From Amoebophrya sp. A120 (Eukaryota; Protista; Dinoflagellata), in NCBI GenBank assembly GCA_905178155.1, contig CAJINV010000001.1, forward strand, positions 1,371,363 through 1,435,362: a stretch of DNA of 64,000 bases, read 5' to 3'. Each line of letters opens with the position of its first letter. Position 1 is the stretch's first letter. Position numbers and translations under genes: made by a program. The notes under the pieces are model-generated. The model did not search any database and was not told the DNA's origin. It saw only the letters and a program-made list of their open reading frames with translations. Positions 59,801 through 64,000 of the stretch are shown here, one piece after another.

Positions 59801-62650
59801 ATCGACGAGGGCATCGCTACGCCGCCTTTTGTGTCATCGAGCCCCAGTACGCCATCACAGAAGCTACGACCTCAGAAACCAGCTGCGGTGCCGAGGAAGC
59901 TGAGCTTTCTCGAGTTTTTTGCTCCGAAATTTCACAAGCAAAGCCAAGGAGCTGCATGCTCATCGGCGCAGCAGCGCGCACCAGTTGGCAGCGGCTTCAC
60001 CAGCAGCGCGGACGGGTCCTCGAGTGTACGCGTTAGTCCATCACAGCCGCCCAAGCTGCTGAGCATTGAAGAGCTGTATTTCGAGATGTTTCCCGCTCCT
60101 GGCGGAGAGACAGAGAGCACACAGCAGGCACACGCAACCGCAGACGCCTGGGGGCAAGCTGAAGATGAAAACACGCAGCATTCCAATGCTCTGCAAGCAC
60201 ATGAGGAGCTGCATCCTGGACGGGATATAATACCGCAGAGCCGTTTCTCGTTCCTGCAGATGAAGCGCAGAACGATGCTGAGTGAAACGCAAGCGCGTTC
60301 GGTGCTTCACGAAATGGGTGTCGAGTTCCGCCGGGCGCTGGGGAATATGGGCAGTGTGGTGGAAACGATGAAGGAAGCTGCTAAAACGATGGTCCTTGGC
60401 ACTGGCGTGGACGTGCTGGAGAATTTGGCGGAAAGCAATGTGGGCCACGTGCTGGATTTGCTGGCCGAGAACATCGCTACCCCGCTAGCGAGTGTGGTGA
60501 CCACTTTCCCGGGCTTCAACGTTCTTCCCCTCTCTGCGTTCCGTCTGGTGTTTTCGTACATCTTCAAGACAATCCTTAAGATGGACGTTGTTTTGCAGCC
60601 CTTGTTGCAAGGCTTGCGCGGCGTTGTGATCGAGATGGCCGGAACGCTCCTGGGAGAACTGCCTTTCGACAATGTTCTGAAAAATGGAAATTTCATTGGA
60701 AGTCTGGCTACTTGGTTCAAGGACCACTTGGTAGCGGGATCGAGATGGTATCGAGATGAGCAACGTGCTGCTATGGCGCCCTCAGGTGTTACATTTTTAA
60801 CTGTTCTTGCATGAAAGAGCATGATACATAGCCACCACTTTTGTCATGAAAAATCTTCGTCATGGTCGCCTTAGCCTTTCTCATTTTGATTTTCTCTACG
60901 TCGTGGCCTCGCATTATATATACGATAAGATTTTTAAAATAAAACTTGTAGGCCGTAGTTTCGACTCGAAGAATCTGCATATAATGCGTTCTCGGCTATC
61001 CGATGGCCGAGGTAAAATACATAGTATCGTATACAACGGTTAACAGCGTAACAGCTGAGGAGGGCATGACTACCAAGGTCGACGCGTCGGCTTCCTCGGC
61101 GGAACACAAGGACGACAGCACCGACGCGGAGGAAGACAAGGGCCACAACGAGGGACATGGAGGTTCGAAGGGCCACGCGGGCAGACACGGTGGGAGACAA
61201 GCAAGGGTGGGGGCCTCTGGGTTTCTTGAAAGCGGAGGGAATGCAGCTGCCTACCGGGAAGCCAGGGGGAGACGGAGCCCGGCAACGGCAGAAACTGATC
61301 CACATCACCAGCCGAGAGCGGCCAGGCCCCCGACTTCGAGGACGGGCCAGAGGGCGGCGGGCTCAGTGAAGCTCACAGCGAATGGCCCGCGTAAAAAACT
61401 GCGCCACGGCAGCGGCTTTTCCACAGCCGAGCGCACGCGCGCGGACGCAGATGTTGGCAGTCGACTCAAATTGGTTCCGGAGCTTGAAGCCCCTGCGCAA
61501 GCTCGTGACGCTTCCGGCACAACAGTCGTGCAGCTGGCGGACGTTACGTTCTCAATTTATTGTTACGCTCTCAGCTGTTTACATTAATTTGTAATGCAGG
61601 AGAAGCTCAGAAATTTGGCACAGATTTCAATGCTTTTTAGTGCTTCCACGAAGGAGCTTGATCGTCTGGAGGTGGTTATTTATGGTAATTCATTTATTTT
61701 CCGTGACACATCATGAAAAAGCTGAGAGTGTAACGCTTGAGAGTCCCATATTGCGAGGGGCGACGCACTCGGCGGAGTCCGGAGCCGGGGTTTTGTCTCA
61801 AGTCTATGGTCCGCTCAAATGGTGCGGTCTCAGAGGAACGAGCGGAGAAACAAGAGAAATGCACGGGGCTTGTGCTTCGCGTGACGGCAGAAAAATGCGG
61901 CCTCATTGTTAAAAAACAGAAAATACAGAATCAGAATCCGCACGCTTTTCTTGTTTTCCCGTTCACACTACTTGAGAGTGCACCGATTGAGAAAGCTATA
62001 CTGTCGTGGAGAAGGTGAAAAGCATTTCGGAGAATGTGGTACAGGCCATTAAAAATATCGCAAAGAAGCTTTCCAAGGGCGCAGCGCAGGTGTGGAGCTG
62101 GATTCAGGTTTTCCTCACGTCTTCCGTCACCGAGGGTCTGTTGCTCATGTTGGCCTCCGCTGTGGGGGGAGTCCTGAGCCAGGTGGTAGTCCTCATTCCA
62201 TTTATTCGGCAAACCCCCATCCCCGCGATCTTCAGCTCTGCTATCGCGCCGGCGTTAGTGACGCTCTTCCACCTACCGGTTTTTCCGCCAGGCGAACTTG
62301 GTGGCGCGGTGAAAGAATGTGGCGAGAAGATTTGTTCCCTTCGGGACTGGGTGCAGGTGCAGGTCGTTAACACGGTTCACACCGTCGCGAAAAAAGTCCA
62401 GCAGCTGGTAAGCGGTGCCGTAACCAACTTCGGGCAACACGTACAGGCCGAGCTGCAAACAGGACAGAAACACGTACAGCAAAAGATTGCCGCAACAGGA
62501 ATCGCGTTCCAGAACCAGCTTCATCAACATCTACCAAGTAGTGGTGGGGGCCAGGGCGCCCAGCACAAGAAACACCAAGGAACCACGAGTAAAGACGGCC
62601 GCCACCATAGCGGTCAGCACCCCGAGGAAAAGAAGCCGAAGCCCCCCTGA
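53879..62650 (+). CDS. Large modular hypothetical protein with repeated hydrophobic helical modules and about 12 introner introns; start uncertain
   Basis: ORFs 54911, 55513, 56055, 57719 (1031 aa), 61003 and 62006 join after introner removal. Junctions at 55346 and ~61535 are degenerate and unresolved. Confidence 0.65.
53914..54575. mobile_element. Compound introner F1 with a nested GC-rich insert
   Basis: TIRs; DR gtctc/gtctg. Confidence 0.85.
54659..54982. mobile_element. Introner F4
   Basis: TIRs; DR ctcca/ctgca. Confidence 0.85.
55346..55538. mobile_element. Degenerate introner F3
   Basis: TIR TGCAAAACAAGCATCG; DR unclear. Confidence 0.65.
55824..56171. mobile_element. Introner F11
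   Basis: TIRs; DR cggtt/ctggt. Confidence 0.8.
56306..56476. mobile_element. Introner F3
   Basis: TIRs; DR ccaat/ccaaa. Confidence 0.8.
56524..56845. mobile_element. Introner F4 (inverted relative to 34592-34920)
   Basis: TIRs; DR tatct. Confidence 0.88.
56858..57153. mobile_element. Introner F1
   Basis: TIRs; DR ggcag. Confidence 0.85.
57247..57463. mobile_element. Introner F6
   Basis: TIRs; DR ctact. Confidence 0.9.
57496..57774. mobile_element. Introner F1
   Basis: TIRs; DR cgagg/caaag; frame restored. Confidence 0.8.
60772..61068. mobile_element. Degenerate introner F10
   Basis: Decayed TIRs; DR gctgc/actac; frame restored. Confidence 0.65.
61805..62000. mobile_element. Degenerate F10-like introner
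   Basis: TAT..ATA ends; DR aagtc/ctgtc; frame restored. Confidence 0.6.
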
Positions 62651-63408
62651 GGAAAATACACCGCAGAGAATTTTGCAGGACATTTTTCACCTTGATGGCA
62701 AACCTTCAGAGAATCGGCAGGGCATTGCAAGGAAACAGTCCAAACTAGTACTAGAGATACCATATACCCTACCCCAGAAAAGCTAAAGCATTGCACAGAA
62801 AGCATTTGGCCTACGGTGTGAGACTTTTCCGCTTTTGATGATTTACGTGGTAACTTTCCGGAAATGCATTTTCTGCACCGTCGCGGCGTAATATAACGTG
62901 ACAATCTACTGAAACTGAATCAACATGGTGCGACGTGTGCTCTTGAAAGCACGGGACAAGTGCAGAAGCATCCGCAAGCTTGCTATTTTCAATTACGAAA
63001 AAAATTTAAATGAATTATTGTGTCTGCTGTATCTATAGAAATAAATAGCCACATCGCTGCACTGAATTCAGAATGTAGATGTACGTCGATTTTCTCGATT
63101 AGCAGAAAGCTCTTGTGTGCCCACTATATTTTTATGTAAATAAAATATGTTTCTGCTCGTACAAAAATGATAAGCACGCGTCGAAAAAATTTAGCACTAA
63201 TCACGACCATAGCGTTTTACTCAAGCAGCTGTTTACAGTCCCACTTATGTTGAACCTGTAGTCGCACCTCAAGCGTAGCCGTTCACGTTGGTAGAAAAAC
63301 GGATGCTGTATCACGTTCGTATCATGTTCGACCGTGACGGTTCGGCGCTATTCCTTCGTATGCAGGCACTTGTACGGTACTAGTAAAGCAAGGAAGATCG
63401 TGCGCATA

Positions 63409-63475
63409 TAGGGTTTCGGGTTTAGGGTAATAATTCTATATGATATAGAATTATTACCCTAAACCCGAAACCCTA
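63409..63475. repeat. Perfect 67-bp palindrome with telomere-like arms
   Basis: TAGGGTTTCGGGTTTAGGGTAATAATTCTATAT g ATATAGAATTATTACCCTAAACCCGAAACCCTA. Confidence 0.95.
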
Positions 63476-64000
63476 AATTGTGTACGGGGAACAGCGTCCA
63501 ATTTCGTCACTGGCACTTCTTACGAACGCCGTGTCGATTCTCGAAATTCACGAAACGGATTTGATACAAATAAAGTAGATGTCGCAAAAAATTCCCTTCA
63601 CCTTTTGAGCCCTTACCCTGAAGATCGCTTCCAAAACGGGAAAGCTGTTGCGGCTCTATTTCTGAGGCGTTGGCGTAGCGTCAGTTTTTCGTAGAAAAAA
63701 ACTATCGGCTATTAAGAAGTACTAAGATTGGTCCCGCCGGACGGTCTCAGTGCAACTTCGGCGTTGATGAATGTCGACGATGCAGTCAGCCTTTTGCGCT
63801 AGCGCAATAAATAAAGAGAACGCGCCAGAGTAGATATGTATATGATATTGAGTGAAACTCAGTTTTCGTATAAAACTGCGAGATGACAACTCCTAACTTC
63901 TCACTCTGCGAATTGATACTAAAGCAAGACATACTCGTAGGCACCAGCACTCAGCAAAATAAGGAAGACGCCACGGCACCAGTGTACTTATCGTGGAGTT

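Noticed and set aside
57719-60814. 1031-aa ORF as the autonomous transposase or RT
   Set aside because: No DDE, RT, tyrosine-recombinase or HUH motifs were recognised; it is an internal exon of a host gene.

Overview
Eukaryotic nuclear DNA of an alveolate. The combination of MORN1, alveolin remnants, TTTAGGG-like repeats and dense TIR/direct-repeat non-canonical introns suggests the parasitic dinoflagellate Amoebophrya (Syndiniales); this is an inference. I count about 75 introner-like elements, mostly 135-355 bp, in about 12 TIR families (labelled F1-F12 here). Nearly all run TAT...ATA between 5-bp direct repeats (DR). Removing an element plus one DR restores reading frames. This reconstructs MORN1 (363 aa), a TFIIIC subunit GTF3C3/Tfc4 with 20 introner introns, a secreted purple-acid-phosphatase-type enzyme, a Cys-rich protein and a large modular protein. 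The first 18.7 kb is different. It is a mosaic of captured genomic fragments stacked into two short recurrent target sites: site A (7 copies, in a decayed alveolin intron) and site B (5 copies, in an EF-hand gene). Each copy has variable-length duplication or indel scars. I found no transposase, reverse transcriptase, rRNA, tRNA or CRISPR array. Coordinates were read by eye and may be off by a few bases.
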